Origin: Zygnema circumcarinatum SAG 698-1b
Taxonomy: Eukaryota; Plantae; Zygnematophyceae
Direction: 5' to 3'
Length of the DNA: 64,000 nucleotides
Assembly (NCBI GenBank): GCA_037447605.1
Contig: CM074809.1
Span: 2,594,689 to 2,658,688, forward strand
This document shows positions 24,483 through 38,700 of the stretch, piece by piece. Position numbers and translations under genes: made by a program. Position 1 is the first letter of the stretch. Each line of letters starts with the position of its first letter. The notes beneath the pieces are model-generated. The model was given only the letters and a program-made list of their open reading frames with translations, was not told where the DNA came from and made no database searches.

Positions 24483-25110
24483 TGATCCCGCCCGAGCTTC
24501 AAACGCGCGGCTCCCCTGCGGGCGGGCTCACACGCCCCGCCTTGCGCTGCGCCAGGCCATCCCGCCCCTCCGCCTCCGCCTCCTGCACAAGCAGAGCAGC
24601 CTGCATCCGAGCCAGGCGCCTGGAGCTCAAACACTCCAAATTTTTTATCTCAGAAAAACCACGAGGGGAGACTTCTCCCTGTAGCTCTAGCTCGCGTCAA
24701 GAGTGAAGGGCCGGGGCGCAGAGGGGCCCGGCCGTACGGTACGGCGTGGAAAGATGCGCTCAGTGGGAATCGAAGGGCAAGGGCTTTGCCTATCTTGAAA
24801 GGTTTTCCCAAAAAGTGGAACACGAAACTAGTACGTGTTACCCACCAAATAACTCATGAATCGTAGCAGGAAAGGTACAAATTTCGGAAAAAAAAATACT
24901 GTACACCATTTGTTCAAGATTACCCTTGCGGGGGTTCGGACATAGCTTCCCCTTACGGTACAAAAACCATGTTTGCGTGATACCGATTCTGCTATTGGTC
25001 AGTACCCATCCGTGGTAAACCGTCGCACACAAATTCGGAGTCCACAACATGAAATGGGAGGAACTTTGCTTTGATCTCTTTAAAAGGATGGGCCGAAATC
25101 GGCTGCTTCT

Positions 25111-25266
25111 AAGGGCTGCGTTGTTGAGCCTAGTAGTAGCTTTCCGCTCCTAGCTTTTTTCGATTGTCCTTAGGTCCTTCGCGACCAGTCCCTCGTGGTT
25201 CCCCATGCTGCTTTTGTCCATGTACATTTAATGGCCTCGCCATCCTGAGATCAATGCCACATCTTT
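25111..25266 (+). repeat. ~160-bp dispersed repeat, copy 1
   Basis: GGGCTGCG..GAGCCTAG..TTTCCGCTCCTAGC..GGTCCTT..GACCAGTCCCTCGTGGTTCC..CATGTACATTT.ATGGCCTCGCCATC..GAGATCAATGCCACATC. Homologous copies at 50441-50580, 51164-51325 and 63830-63880. Confidence 0.85.
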
Positions 25267-25784
25267 AAGGAGGGGGGGCACATCTTTCCGCCGAAATGGG
25301 CCGGAGAGTGTTTTGGGTATAGCTCCGTATGTATCAAACGCGTGTATTAATACACTGTATAATACATGCTTATTATACAACGTTTAAAAATACAGTGTAT
25401 TTTTAATGTATTTAACGTATTTTTTTTATTTTCGTGCTTAGTTGAACAAAGATTGATTATAATATTGAAATTCCAGCACTTGCCAAGTCACGTCACTTGC
25501 CAAACATTCAACTCGTGTGACTTGGTCCGTACATGTTGGTACACCCCTTCCGTACATAATTTCCGTGCGTACAGTATCGTTGTCGTGTCGTTGTCGTATG
25601 TTGTCTTCCTTTTCTGCCGTCGATGAGTCCCCAGTACACGTGTCATAATCTAGGGCCGTCGATCGAGTGCGCGCGAGCACATATATATGTGTACGTGTGC
25701 GCGAGCGTGTCGTTGAACAGGCAAAACAAACCGGTGGGCCGTAACTGCGCACATGGAAAAGAAGGCGCTTTTCAAGCGAGGGAG

Positions 25785-25960
25785 GAGGGAGGAGGGAGGA
25801 GGGAGGAGGGAGGAGGGAGGAGGGAGGAGGGAGGAGAGGACGGAGGGAGGGAGGGAGGAGGGAGGAGGGAGGGAGGGAGGGAGGGAGGAGGGAGGGAGGG
25901 AGAGGGAGGAGGGAGGAGAGAGGAGGGAGGAAGGAGGAGGGAGGGGGAGGGGGGAGATTG
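25785..25960 (+). repeat. GGA/GGGA purine tract directly upstream of the VAMP71 start codon
   Basis: About 170 bp of only G/A ending a few bases before ATG 25969. Confidence 0.9.
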
Positions 25961-25968
25961 GAGGCGCC

Positions 25969-28543
25969 ATGGCGATTCTGTACGGTCTCGTGGCGAGGGG
26001 CGTCGTGGTGTTGGCGGAGTACAGGTGCGCCGCAGCTTGGAGGGGGAAGGGTAGGACCGCGCGTTTGTAGGAAATGTCGCGGCTGCGTACTGCTGCTTCT
26101 TGACTTCCAGATTGATGTCGGAGGCGTGACCCGAAAGCTTGACAGTTTCTGGCCAGGTTTTAGTCTTGTGTTTCGTTTTTTTCTCAGTGTGCAACAGCCT
26201 TCTTATCAGTCGCTGCAGAACATGTCGCTCAGCTAAACTCTCAGAGTAACAGAGGCATTTATGAAATTTTGGTGGCCTCTCCTGAGTGTATCCTTCTCAC
26301 GTACTCTTGTTAAACTCGGTTACAATGTAGAATTCATCCTACCTACAACCTCTTGTAATGAACTTTTCTCGCATTTTGGAATGTCCTGGAGTTTGGCCTT
26401 TCCGTCTCCTTCGCTGTTTCCAACCAGTTCACAATCAAGAAATGCTCCCGGTCACTTGCAAATATCATCATCGTCATCTGTTAGTTTGATTTCAGTGTCG
26501 TCGCGGGAAACGCCAGCACCATTGCGCGACGGATATTGGAGAAGCTTGGATCATCCGAAGACAACAGAGTTTCGTACACACAGGACCGCCATGTGTTCCA
26601 CATTCTGCGGACAGAGGGTCTTACATTCCTCTGCATGGCAGATGCCCCTTTTGGACGTAAGTCTTGTTTCCCTTACTGGAGCAGCTCAAATGGAATAAGA
26701 CTAATGCAAGGCTGTAAGGCGATGTTGTTCTAATCTTTTGAAGAGATTCCACGATAAAGACTGCATACTCGTGGTTGCGAGAAGCTGGGGAATTGCGTGC
26801 CTATCTTTTTATAGTCACAAAAGGATCCCAAGGTTTGTTGAAGTGAAATTCTACATTCTGCTCTTTCTTTACTAAGCATATTATCACATTTAAGGTGTTA
26901 TGATTGAAATGGTAAGTTTTGTGTTGCTTGTGGGAAAAGACGTCAACTTCTATGACTACGTATATTGGATTAAAAAATAACTCACACTTATTGATGTAGC
27001 ATCTACACTGAAGGAATCCATAGCATTCACTTGTTCGACTTCATCCATTGTAGAGAAAAATGATTGAATGAATCTTTTCTAAGAGTTCTAACTCCATTTC
27101 CATTTTCGGAAGGATAGTGATCCATCTACATACTTTTCAATCATACAATCTTGACTGCCAGCATCTTATTGTGTGCAGGACGGGTCCCATTTGTCTTTCT
27201 CGATGACATCCAACTGCGATTCTTAAAGACTTATGGCAGAGTGGTCCAAACAGCATTGGCCTATTCCATGAATGATGAGTTTTCACGAGTGCTAGCTCAG
27301 CAGATGGAGTACTTCTCCAGTAATCCAAACTCAGATTCAATCAATCGTGTACGTGGAGAGATCAGTGAGGTACGTTCTTTCTGGCGTTGTAACAAAGGAG
27401 CTGATAGTTGGAATTATGGGGAGTTTGATGATGGGATGGTCTCCGAAGAGTGAGGGAGACTGGGAGATGGAGATGAAAAAGACATTGAAGATTCAAATTT
27501 GGGACTGGAGATACTATGGTTTGATGGTGAGCTGGCTTAATGTGGTTATTCGTTTCAACTCTAATTGTGTTGTGGTCGAAATGTGCATAGCGAGCGGCCA
27601 AAGAGAGACGATTCTGTGTCTCCTGTCATATAGTTCTTGTTAAAGGCCTTACTAGTCAGCATTTTGAACAGAATGGAACCATAGGTTGCTGCCATGGTAG
27701 TGCAAAGCTGCCCTTTTGTAACAGTTGCTTGTTGATGTGCTTGAGTTTTCATGAATCATAAGGATATGCCTATCGTGCTGAGGCATGCTTTGCAGCTAGG
27801 TATAGAATCCAGGAGGTCATGCAGCATGCGATCAAATTTGGGCAACGATTGCTCAAAAGCACTTTGCGTTGGCATGGTTGGTTCTGTCATTTGTGAACTG
27901 TAACAAAACCTTTATGTGCTCTTTTTGTTTTTACACTTAGATTGGCGGGGCATTTTTGCCCTCTTTCCAGATTTTTTCGTGATGGGTGCCCTTGGCCTGT
28001 GCCCAGGTGAGAGCGATCATGGTGGAGAATATCGACAAGGTGTTGGATCGTGGAGAGCGCATTGAGTTGCTGGTAGATAAAACCAGTGGGCTGAGCGATA
28101 ATACTTTCCGGTTCAAGAAGCAAGCAAGGGGGCTTAAGCGTGCCTTATGGTGGAAAAATGCAAAGCTTATGTACGTATCCTTGGTGCCCTGGACGAGAGA
28201 ATGCTTCTGTGCTTCCTATCCGTGGGCGTGCATCTGCTCGGTTTTTCCCTTCTACTGTATGGGAGTTGTGTTCTTTTTCTGTCGGATAAGTTACTTTTCG
28301 ATTCAAGCTGGATTATTGGATTGGAAGGATGTCTGTGAATGAGCTGAGAGTGGCTGTTTCGGGAAGGTGAAATTCTTCCTCTTGCCTTCCTGCAGTAGTT
28401 TTCTTTGATTTGGGAATCGTGGGCTTATAAGTCCTCATCCTTCTCACCTGTGCAGGGTTTCGCTGAGCCTGATCATTCTCGTTGTTCTCTACCTCTTAGT
28501 TTCTGCTGCGTGTGGTGGCCTTACTCTACAATCATGTCGTTAA
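25969..28543 (+). CDS. VAMP71: Longin R-SNARE, VAMP7/VAMP71 family; 5 exons
   Basis: MAILYGLVARGVVVLAEYS|VVAGNASTIARRILEKL...FLCMADAPFG|RVPFVFLDDIQLRF...SINRVRGEISE|VRAIMVENIDKVLDRGERIELLVDKT...LWWKNAKLM|VSLSLIILVVLYLLVSAACGGLTLQSCR*. Longin domain, R-SNARE motif and C-terminal TM; all introns GT-AG and in phase. Confidence 0.96.
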
Positions 28544-29718
28544 TGGTTTAGGGAAATAAGTAGAATTGTTCCGTGGCCCGTTCCTGCTCTCTCCATTACT
28601 GTGAATCTATCGAAGTTGCCAGCAGTAATAAAGCTGGTCACATCGTATAGCTAGGTTTTAGTAAAGTAGGTTTTAGACATAGTACTTGTCATATTGTTGT
28701 ATTGGAATGCCAAGACATTAGTCCTCCGAGGTTTTTCCAAAGGGAATATAGCAGGCCATTCGATGGGGTCAGTACAGGATCAGGTCATACTGAATAAGGG
28801 AGAGCAGGAGGGTACTGTGCTGGTGTTCAGGTCCAATTTGAAGTAAAGCCGGTCCTTCTGGTGTCGGGCTACTGATAATTGTTTTTTTTTTCTTATATTG
28901 GCGGTTGCTGTGTGACCCTGATACGTAAGTTACTGGCACTGTGCATCGTTGCTGGTAATGATGATTCGTCACACCCTGAGGTAGTTCTATTGAGGCCCGA
29001 CCTTCCCAGTTTTGTAACTTGCGAGTTTCCCCAAGGAATGGTGATGCGCTTTTCAAACTTGAAACTGTTGTTGCTAAGGCGTGGGCCTCTTCTGGCTCGG
29101 AAAATTCAAACAAAAGAAAACGATGCATGGCATTTTATTTCGCGTTAAGGAGCTAGCCTTTTGGCTGTGTTCAACGTCACCGTGACAAAATGTGTTGCAA
29201 TATCCGGGCCTCAGTTTTCCTTAGTGTGCTGAATATGCGGCTGTGTGGGGTGCCAACTGCTGAAGGGAAAATCCACAGGCGCGTGTGGCTCATTCTTCAA
29301 TGTCTAAGTTATGGACGCTTAGGCCACGAATGCAGCACTGATAGACAACCTAGATTGTGACCGTGCGATGTAATGAAGAGGAAAGGTACGCAGTAACTCC
29401 AACGGCGTGATGGCCTCCTCCTGGCACTGCCAATCGCTCAGTGAAGACAACGACCAACAGACAGCCGCAGACCGCAATAGCGACCTTAATTGTACATATC
29501 ATGAACTGCGGTCCACAAGGAAGATAACGGCGAGATCAATGCCTATTAACATTACAAAATGTCACAAAGCACAACTTGGACTTCGCACTTTGAACGTGCT
29601 TGACCAGCTGGCCTAAGTCTGAGGGTGCTTTGCCAGAGACAAAACAATGGCGCCAATATAAACAATGAATCGTACAAATCTAACCCTAAAATCCTACGAA
29701 TGGCACACACCTACAAGC

Positions 29719-32700
29719 TCAATCCATGGCTGCTTTGCTGCTATTGCGCCTCAGCGATCCAACTCTCGGTCCTGAAGAGGAGGGAGTTGAGTTGGAGGCG
29801 CTTGCTGGAAGCCGCACTTTTTGAGGGCTCCCAATCTTAAGTTGAGGCGAGCTCAGCGACTTCTTTAGTTCCGCATCGTCCAGGTCCCTTTCCGAACCTC
29901 CTTCCTCTCGTCTTAGATTGTTACTGGTTTCCGAATCTCCCCTCCTCTGGTTTAGGTCATTTCTATTCACAGCAGCATGCCAGCCATTCGAGGCAGGCGA
30001 CCCCACAACTTCCATCTGGGCTGCCGGTTTGGTCTTAGGCGCAGGACCCTTTTCTGGAATAACACCCCTTCCGCTTCTGGGCGCTCCCTCCGGCCCCCCT
30101 CTATTGGTGAGAGTTGCCCCTGCCCCTTCATTTCCCATCAGCGGGTTGCCGACTCCCGAGTCCCCCCGGTTTCTTCGTCGCGTGAGCTTCTCTCCCTGAA
30201 ACTCTTCCGACCCACCCCGTCCAACCTCTCCTGCCATGCCCGGTGGAACAAAATTGTCCCTGTGTGCTTTTGCAAGCTCCTCCACCACAGCAGCCACTTC
30301 CTCTGCCTGTGAACTCCTTTTCCCTCGCCTTGAATTGACAGTTCTCGTTCCCACTACGCTCTCGTCTGCAGTCTCCCCATATGCTCCCTGCTGGTCTCTG
30401 TAACCCCCAAAAGATGCCGAATTCTCAACCATGCCTCTCTCCTTCCCCATTTGGTCTCTCGTTGCACCACCTTCAAGATCCCACTGTCGAGTTTCAAACA
30501 ATTCCCCATCATTCCAATAGGCATCTCTGGAATCAATCTTCTCCCTCGATTTGCTCGATGAAGACCCCCCAAAAATGGATTTCTCCTCCTCAGGACTCAC
30601 CAGTGCCCATCGATTTGACGGAGGTGATATTGACCCCTCCTCAGAATGTGTGTCTGTATCTGACTTGTACACTAACATCTCTGTTCCTTCATCGTCATTG
30701 CTTCGTTTTGGTGGTGACTTCAGGCCGTAATATCCCCTTAATAGACCCATGGCAGGACTGAAACGGCGTCTTTCTCCAGGTGGTCCCTCAGAACTCCCTC
30801 CTTTTGTTCCTGCACCGGATGCGTATTGCGTAGACCCTCTGGCAGAAGCACGAGTACTGTAAGGACAAGCCCAAGAACACACCTGTCAGGGAAAAGTGAA
30901 TGGTACAGCGAACATATAACTTGACTGCACAACTCCAACAAAAAGACGACAAGGAAAAAATGATGTGCATCAAGACCACACAAACCCTGAGTTTGAATAA
31001 CCTGAGAATCTTTTGTAAGACAACTGTTGAAAATAGCCAGCATTCACGTCCTTATATTAGGCCCCGGTGTCAGTTAGTCGAAAAGGACTAAACGAGTCCA
31101 AGGACAATCAAAAGCAGAGATTTGAACAATCGTGTTTCTGACACTCGTGGTACAACATCACAAACTCTCTGTACCTGCATTGGCCAAGACTCAATAGCGA
31201 CGAACAATTCGCAGAGTACATGCGGAGTTGAAAAGAGATTGCCAATGGCTTTAGACAACAATAGAAAAGGGACAAGCAATACATTCTCGAACGGAATCAC
31301 TCCAGGAAAATGAACGAACATCTCTGACGCTTCCACTGATATGCGACAAGCGACCTCTGGCTTCTAACTTCCACGAAAATGGAATGCATCCATCGGGTAA
31401 ACCAGGGAAGCAGTATGCTATCGGAGTCTCATTCCATTTGGATAGGCACATGGGAAATCTGATGTTTTAACTGTCACATCATCAAGGGTTTAGAACATTG
31501 CAAGCGTTTTTGCTGCGTTACTCGATTGTATTTGGTAGTAATGGCCCCAAACTCTGCACTTTGTGCTACCAATTCCACTTAGAGCTCAAATGCCGTTCTT
31601 TCTTTCTCTTTCTTCAAAAAAAGTTGCTTCGCTAGGTACTGAAGGGGTTCAAGAACATTTACATATTCAAACTGATTTGGCTTTCTGAGTTATTGATAGT
31701 TTCACCTAAGCAACCACTGGGTTCTGAATTTGCAGACTACAAAACTATCCGTCTGGTTTGCACTTCTCTGCTTTCAGTTCCTTCACGACGAGATAGGATG
31801 ACATGACCCACATAGAGTCATGGGTGATCTCGCCCTGCCTTGCGCATAAACCTGCTTGTGCTCAAGCTATGCAGAATGCGATGTTTCTGATTGATGCTTC
31901 CTTGACAGAACCATCTATTATCAAACCCTCTAGTCAAATTCAGGAACAAGGAGACATACCTTCGGTTTGCTCTTGTCGTCGTGGGACGGGTAGTGAGCGC
32001 CGCTGAAGGGGGGTGTGGCCCAGGCAATGGTATTCGAAGAGTCTTCTGTGCAAACATCTGGCGATCGTCAACCAATCGATTGGTCCGCTTGATATCCATC
32101 ACCTGCAAGAGAAATGACATTACATTATGAGACGCACTAATCATACCATACAAAATGAACTCAGGGGGTAGGCAGATAAACAATGTGAAAATCGGGGGGT
32201 TCTGAGATCATGTGTTCACCGAAGGCGACAGCCTTATGAAGCTCGGAGGAGGTGAATACGTGAAAGCTTATGGACAAAAAAGGCAAGTAAATCAAGAGAC
32301 TTGACCTTCTGTTCTCTGTTTACTCAAGTCGGTCCAGGATAGCGCTCGAATACAAATGCAACAATCATCTGTCGGCTGTTTTGGTGAACCGAGAGCAGAA
32401 ACTACAGGAGCCTCCTACTGTCATGGAACGCTCAAATGGATGCCTCAAAAAAAATGGGAGAAAATCAGATCTAGTACTCGATACCATTCTACAGCAAGAA
32501 CTGTGTCCACGGCTATGGCTTGCTCCAAAAATTAATTCTTTCTTCAAAAAAAATGGAATCCAGATTCAGATGTTGACAAGCCCTGCTTGTCCCCATATTA
32601 AGTAAAAAGGAGTGTTGAGACGGAAACGACTAGATCCACAAGCACACGGCCACAACGACGAAACAGCACGACAGAACGACATGTTCAAGACGGAAAAGCT

Positions 32701-33487
32701 CCAGTTCATCGTGTCAAAAAATGTACTTAAATGATAGGGCCAGAACAAGTGAGGGCTCGTGCATTTCACATTTCTCGAACGCCTGCGAACGATCCATTCT
32801 ACCGTAAAGTGACAGCTTTCCTGACGGCTCTCCTTTGCTTTCTTCCATTTCTTTGCAGAGCACAAGGGGATACATACGCTGTTATATATACGAAGGAACT
32901 TCTGAACAGCCCTGCTGCCCTATGCTTATCTTTCTCCACGCATCGTTGAAAGGCTTTCACGGTTACCAGGATTGGAAAATTTATGTTCCTACAAAGCTTC
33001 AGCACCAACTGCGCTCCGGGCCAAATGTAGCACACATAGGAAAACCCAACTTTTGAAAGTTCCCGTACCAGGGCAATGGTGCCTCACCTCAACGCCGTAC
33101 TTGATAGCCAAACCAACCAGTGTATCTGTCTTGCAGACGTCATGCACAATAAATCCCCGGCCGTCTTCATCGTGCACGATCCTGACCGGCAAACTTGAGA
33201 ACGTCTCGGGCACAGACGGCACAGACGAGGTTGCTGCCATATCTGCCAAAATGCTATATACTTCGCGACTTTGCTGAAGCTATGACTCAACTAGACATAC
33301 TGTCCTGCAGCACACCTGTCTAGGCGATTTCGTTCCAAGAATGCTAAACAAGCATCGAAGAGTGGACCTTGGATCCGGCAGCACCACCCTCCTGCAGCTG
33401 AGATTGGGCTGTGCCGAGCGGGGCACCCTCCTCGTCATGCCGCCATGGCCGCGGCGGGTCGCAGGGCGGGGGATGGCGAGGAGCCAT
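29719..33487 (-). CDS. Intracellular plant LysM-domain protein; multi-exon
   Basis: FIVHDVCKTDTLVGLAIKYGVE|VMDIKRTNRLVDDRQMFAQKTLRIPLPGPHPPS is a LysM of the plant soluble LysM family. The last exon has SPAMGLLRGYYGLK and ends KAAMD*. The start codon and one internal exon are uncertain. Confidence 0.85.
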
Positions 33488-33839
33488 GCGGGTCCATGGC
33501 GAGCCGGCTCACGCGTGCCACCAACCTCCCCTTCTCTCTCCCTCCTCCCCTCCCTCCCTCGCACGTGCGAACGCTCGCGCTCGTCAACAACGGCCGCTTC
33601 TTCTGTTGCCAACGGGCGCGTATCGCGTGACGTGACGGAGATACGGGACGATGTGTCACGCCACGTTCCACTGCCCCTTTCGTCTACACGTGCGGGAGGG
33701 CGCACGGATTGGGCGGCGGCGAGAAGCGGCTGGCGCGGGCAGGGGGGAAAGTTTTCCCTTCGTTTTTTTTGGAACACTGAGTGGTGTCGTTATCCGGCGC
33801 CATTAACTGCGCGAGGCGGACCGTTGGATCGACCCTTGG

Positions 33840-34255
33840 AATAGTTGCGGACCATTGATTCCGAACCAACCAACCATTGACAACAGTTGGCAACCCATTG
33901 GCTAGTGAACCAGGCAACCAGTGCAGTGGATTGCAACTGTTGGATCCAATGGCTGCCAACCATTGCCACTGTTGCAACCCATTGATTATTTTGTTCTGGG
34001 TTGTTCAGGTAAGCATCTTTGTTTATTTTCGATGTGATAGTTAAAACCATTCCCTCCCCTTTTTCCCCATCATCGCTCCCATTGAATCCGAGACGTGAGT
34101 TTTAGTAATCCTCCACTCTGCAACCAGTGCGTTGACCTCGGTACAATGGTTGCAACTATTGCAATGGTTGCCAACCATTGGACACACCATTGGTTACGCC
34201 TACCATTCCAATGGTTTGCAACCATTGGCATCGGACCGAATCAACCATAGCCAAC
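33840..34255. repeat. Two degenerate CCAATGG/CCATTGG arrays upstream of the LysM gene
   Basis: Arrays at 33840-33985 and 34140-34255 contain caatggttgcaac, ccattgg and ccaatgg motifs. Confidence 0.75.
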
Positions 34256-35773
34256 CACGGACGACCAGATCCAGGCGAGTTCGACTGCTGGTGAATCTGC
34301 AGCTGCAAAATGGATGTGTTGCTTATGAAAGAAGAAAGTTGGGCAAGAAATGGCTTTCATTGGCGAGGTACAAAACCATCGACATTCATACACATCGCGA
34401 CATTAACAGAGCATCATGCATGCCATGCATGCCATACATGTACGTGACACAAGCATAAGTAAAGCCGGAACCAAACAACATGGGCTGCCAATAAGAGCCA
34501 TTAATCGACACTTTTTCGACCATCAACAACGCATCCATTGATTCCAAAAGCCGTGGTTAATGGCTTCTCTTCGTTAGTGCCCTTCGTCAATGCCATTATC
34601 ATTCCCTTCACTCATTCCCTCATCGCTGTTCAACCACTTTCTTTCATCTCCCACAGGCTTTTCTCCCCTATCCCGACTGCTCTACCGTGATTACTGGGGC
34701 TGACGTTTCGTCAGCGGTTTCTGCACCTCGATTGGTGGCAGGCCCTGAAGTTTTGGCAGAATCATTTGCAAAAGCAGATTCCCAGCAGTCGAAGTCAAGC
34801 TCGCCTGACCCGGTCCCCTATGGCCAGTAGGAAAGACTACTGCTTCATACAAAAGGAGGCGGACTTCAGAGAGAACTATCGACCAACAGCGAGCGACAGC
34901 TTTCGGTTTCATCATTCAAACAAGTTGGCAACCCCTTCCTAAGAAGCGACGCCGTCAGATACAGCCCTCGTAGGGAATTCGGGTGGGAGTTTGGTTCACC
35001 TGAAAGCAAGATTGCATCTGCGATGAGGGCTATTTCTTGGCCATATGGGGAATCTACGGAGTTGACAGAAGCAGTCACCTTTTGCCCCCCCACACGTGAT
35101 GTACGACCGGAGTGACTCGAATGACGCACTTCATGTAAGCATTGAAATGCAGGCTTACACCCGACCACTAGTCACGGCTCTAGTCTCCCAAAATTGTATA
35201 AGGAAAGTGGCAGGTCCTTCGAAGGGCTCTGCAGAGCATTCCCTGGAACCATCACCGAGATCTGATCTGACGTCCCTATCCCCAGTTATGCTCAGCACGA
35301 AGGCAACCGCCAGTTTAGCCCCTCCTCGCCTCCAATCGTGAAGCAGTAAAGCCCAGCGTGCTCAGTTTCAGCCACCTCTAGTGGCACTGCGCAATTACTG
35401 CTAAACTTGCATCATCTCATGGCAGAAAACCTATTGCACCACGAAGAAAGCATTACAAAAAAAGTCCGAATTGGAAATCAACTTCTGTAGATATAGGGAT
35501 AGATCATTTTCCCAGCATGCCTCTGAATGACCAGCTTCGTATCCCACCATAGCAGTACTCTCATGATGCAATTCGATTGACGGAATCCTTCGGCCAAAAC
35601 AGTGTGTCACCCATCATCTCCATTCCCCAGTGGATTGCAAAGAGCTGACGCTTGTTGTACCCTACTCAGTTCCGCTGGCCTCTACAATGACACCTGCTGT
35701 TTACCGCTTATGCCTACAGAACCACACGTTCCACCTTCAACATCACCCAGAAAACACGTCCTTGCTATTGACA

Positions 35774-38700
35774 CTAGAAACGATCTCTTCGTCCCCTCCT
35801 ATCGTCAACGCCACGGTAATAGTCCCGAGGAGGCTCCCGTATTCCTCGCCTGTCTGGCGAACGGCTTCTGATGCGAATGTCACGTCCCTCTCGCCCCAAA
35901 TGAGGACTGTCTCTCCTGTATGGAACAACATCTCGATCGCTATCGCGAAACCTGTCCCTCCCCCTTTCCTCCCGAAAATTGGCTCTCCTGTCACGCTCCA
36001 TGTAACCTCTTGGAGCTGCATCCTCGGCTCTGCGCAGACGATCGGTTTCATCATATCGAGGCCGTCCTCTTTCCCTCTCACTTGGCCTGTAATCCCGAGT
36101 ATCCCCACTTTCATAATACTCCGCTCTGCGTCCTCCCACATCGCGCTCGTATTCGAGAGGATGGAAGGGTGGAGGCCTTGGCTCCACCCACCCATCATAG
36201 TCATCCCGCAGAACTTCATTCCTCGGGTCAAAGCCTCGCCCATAGGGGCTTCGACCCCCAAGGAAGGGCGGCCTCACCGGCCTCACCGGGTTTGAGTATG
36301 GCAAAGGGCGGTCCGGGTCTTGAGGGGGCTGCCCTATAGGGCTCCGCGGCTGCATGCACTGGTTGCAGTGCGTACGGCGGGCAAAGTTGAGGTTTCCGCA
36401 CCTGTAGAGGAAGCAATTGGCGTCACGAATAGCACGTTAAATGAGAATAACAAGATGAAGACTCCAATGGACGGACGCAAGACATAGACGATGGGGAGTT
36501 GGTGGATGGGGGATAGAACTTAGGGGAAGGAAAATCGGGAAATTGGGCCGAGAAGCATTCATTAACAGAGAGGAACGACTAGAGTCAGACCAGTGGAGAA
36601 GTAGAGTTTTGAGAAAGAAAGGAGAAAAGCTGGGAGAGGAAATTGAACGGCTCCAGAGGTTATAGGGCAAAGGCAACGAAGGAGAGCAGATGGAGAAGAA
36701 GGCAGTCACAAAGATAAGGGCAGGGACAACAAGGGTCCCAGTAATACATTTAACATGGAAAAAGTCGGAACGAGCCACATGAGCTTGCTAAAAAGCGCAT
36801 GAGAAATGGGGACCACATGTTAGAAATAGGAAACAACTCACAGAAAGACAAGCCAATAGATTTACAGACTGGTCGTGCACTTCAGGGCATCAGAGACGAA
36901 CACTTGCGTCACCTGCTGTGTTTCGAGCGGGCAAACGAGCAATCCTGCATCACTTACATGGGGTCTGCACATATCCAGTCGCCTTCTCGAGGAGGTACGT
37001 TCGGATTGTTTCTGGCGTAACCAGAACCACCTCTTCCAGCGTCCCCAAACCTCCCAGCAGGAGGAGCAAATTGACCTCTTCCCGCGGACGCTCGGCCGCT
37101 AAAGGGTGAACTCGAAAACAAGCTTTTGCTGTCTCTCCTATCCCTCTCACTACCCCTTCTCATGATTGGCTCATGGCCATCTCCAGCACGAGCACTACTT
37201 CGCCGTCTTTCATAATCCAAATCTGATTTCTTGTTCGAATCATGATCCTGACGTCTTCCCTCGTCCACCCGAGGCTTCCCATCCTTACCATGACCCTCCA
37301 CAATTGTTGGCTTCTCGAGTTCAACTGCTATCCGGCTGCCTTTGAACTCATAACCTGCATGGCAACCTTACCGACGTAGTTAATGCCTCTGCTTCTTGAA
37401 AATCTTCATATCTTCCGTCTTCCTTGCAAGAAAGCCCAGTCAATCGAACCCTTTCTCTTCACTTTTAAACCCGTATACGAAAAGTCAGACCAATCCCACA
37501 GCATGGCAATATTATGCCATCCATTCCAGTTCTGACTGATCTTGTCCTCTAATTTTTTTTTCCCGAAAAACCACCATGCACCCTGGCACAGCCCTGAACT
37601 GTGCGAGCAACATCGTTCGCATCTGCGTGTGAACCCACTGCCCGACTAACCGGACTGTTTGATCGCTAAGCTTGTCATGTAACTTTGAAACTTTGCCATC
37701 CGAACCACCCTTTATCACTCTAGAGAGTCCACATATATGAGGCCTCAAAGAGACCTGCTGCCAACACCACACACAACCACTCAAACCCAGATTGTTCACA
37801 CATCCATCTGAATTTTCACCAGAAAGAAAACCATTGCTAAGGAGATTCAAGACCGATATTTCCCACGACTACTCAACCAAGAGGCATTCGATCGCAAGGG
37901 ACTTCAAACAAAACTTTCCACATCAAATAACAAAGTCTGGCAAGTAGCCCCCGGCTGAATCATTCAGATTGCAGGAGAGGCAAACACGACAAACTTCAGA
38001 CAAACCAACATAGAAGCGTTGAGCAAGTCACGCAGAGTATACGCACCATCGAACCATTTGACCAGATGGGCCGCTGTTTTCCCATTCTCAACAACCACTC
38101 TCGCAGCCAGCAAGCCGTCTTCAGAGTCGCGTTGCAAGTGGATTGATGGAGCTCCTCCCTCTTTGTCAACCTTACATCCACAGAAATCCCTATCCCATTT
38201 CTCAGAATCTAGAGAGCTCTAGTTCATCTGAAAGAACAAGTAAGCACGCATCACTGCAATCAGGTGAACCATCCTTTAACTCAGTCCATTGTTCGCACAC
38301 GCACGACATAGCTTCCACTACTCATAAGATTAGGCTTCCCAAAGCCAGAACATGGCCAAACTACGACAAAAGACTCGCTTGCATTAGAGCAGCCGACATT
38401 CCAAGACGACACACTGAGACTTCATAACTCCTGACATGGGTGTTTGTTCTTCTTTGTTCTAAAATGCATTTTTCTACATCCAGCACCCCGTGCCATAAGT
38501 GGCAGAATTGATATGGTAGACATATCATTCATGCCCCTCGATGCATTAGACATGCGACGCAGAGTTCTCCATTACAGTTCGTGTAGACTGCCATGGAAAG
38601 AGCTAAAAGTCATTGCCGATCGGACCATTCCAAAGTTACCCTAAACTACATCCACATCTTAAACCAGATTCAACCCAAAGGTTCTGTCATGTTCGCATAT

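Noticed and set aside
25111-25266. tRNA-derived SINE or tRNA gene call for the 160-bp repeat
   Set aside because: There is a B-box-like motif and a hairpin, but no A box at proper spacing, no cloverleaf, and no tail or TSD.
34691-35350. Short ORFs downstream of TAF15
   Set aside because: No coherent spliced model or motif; likely 3'UTR or intergenic.
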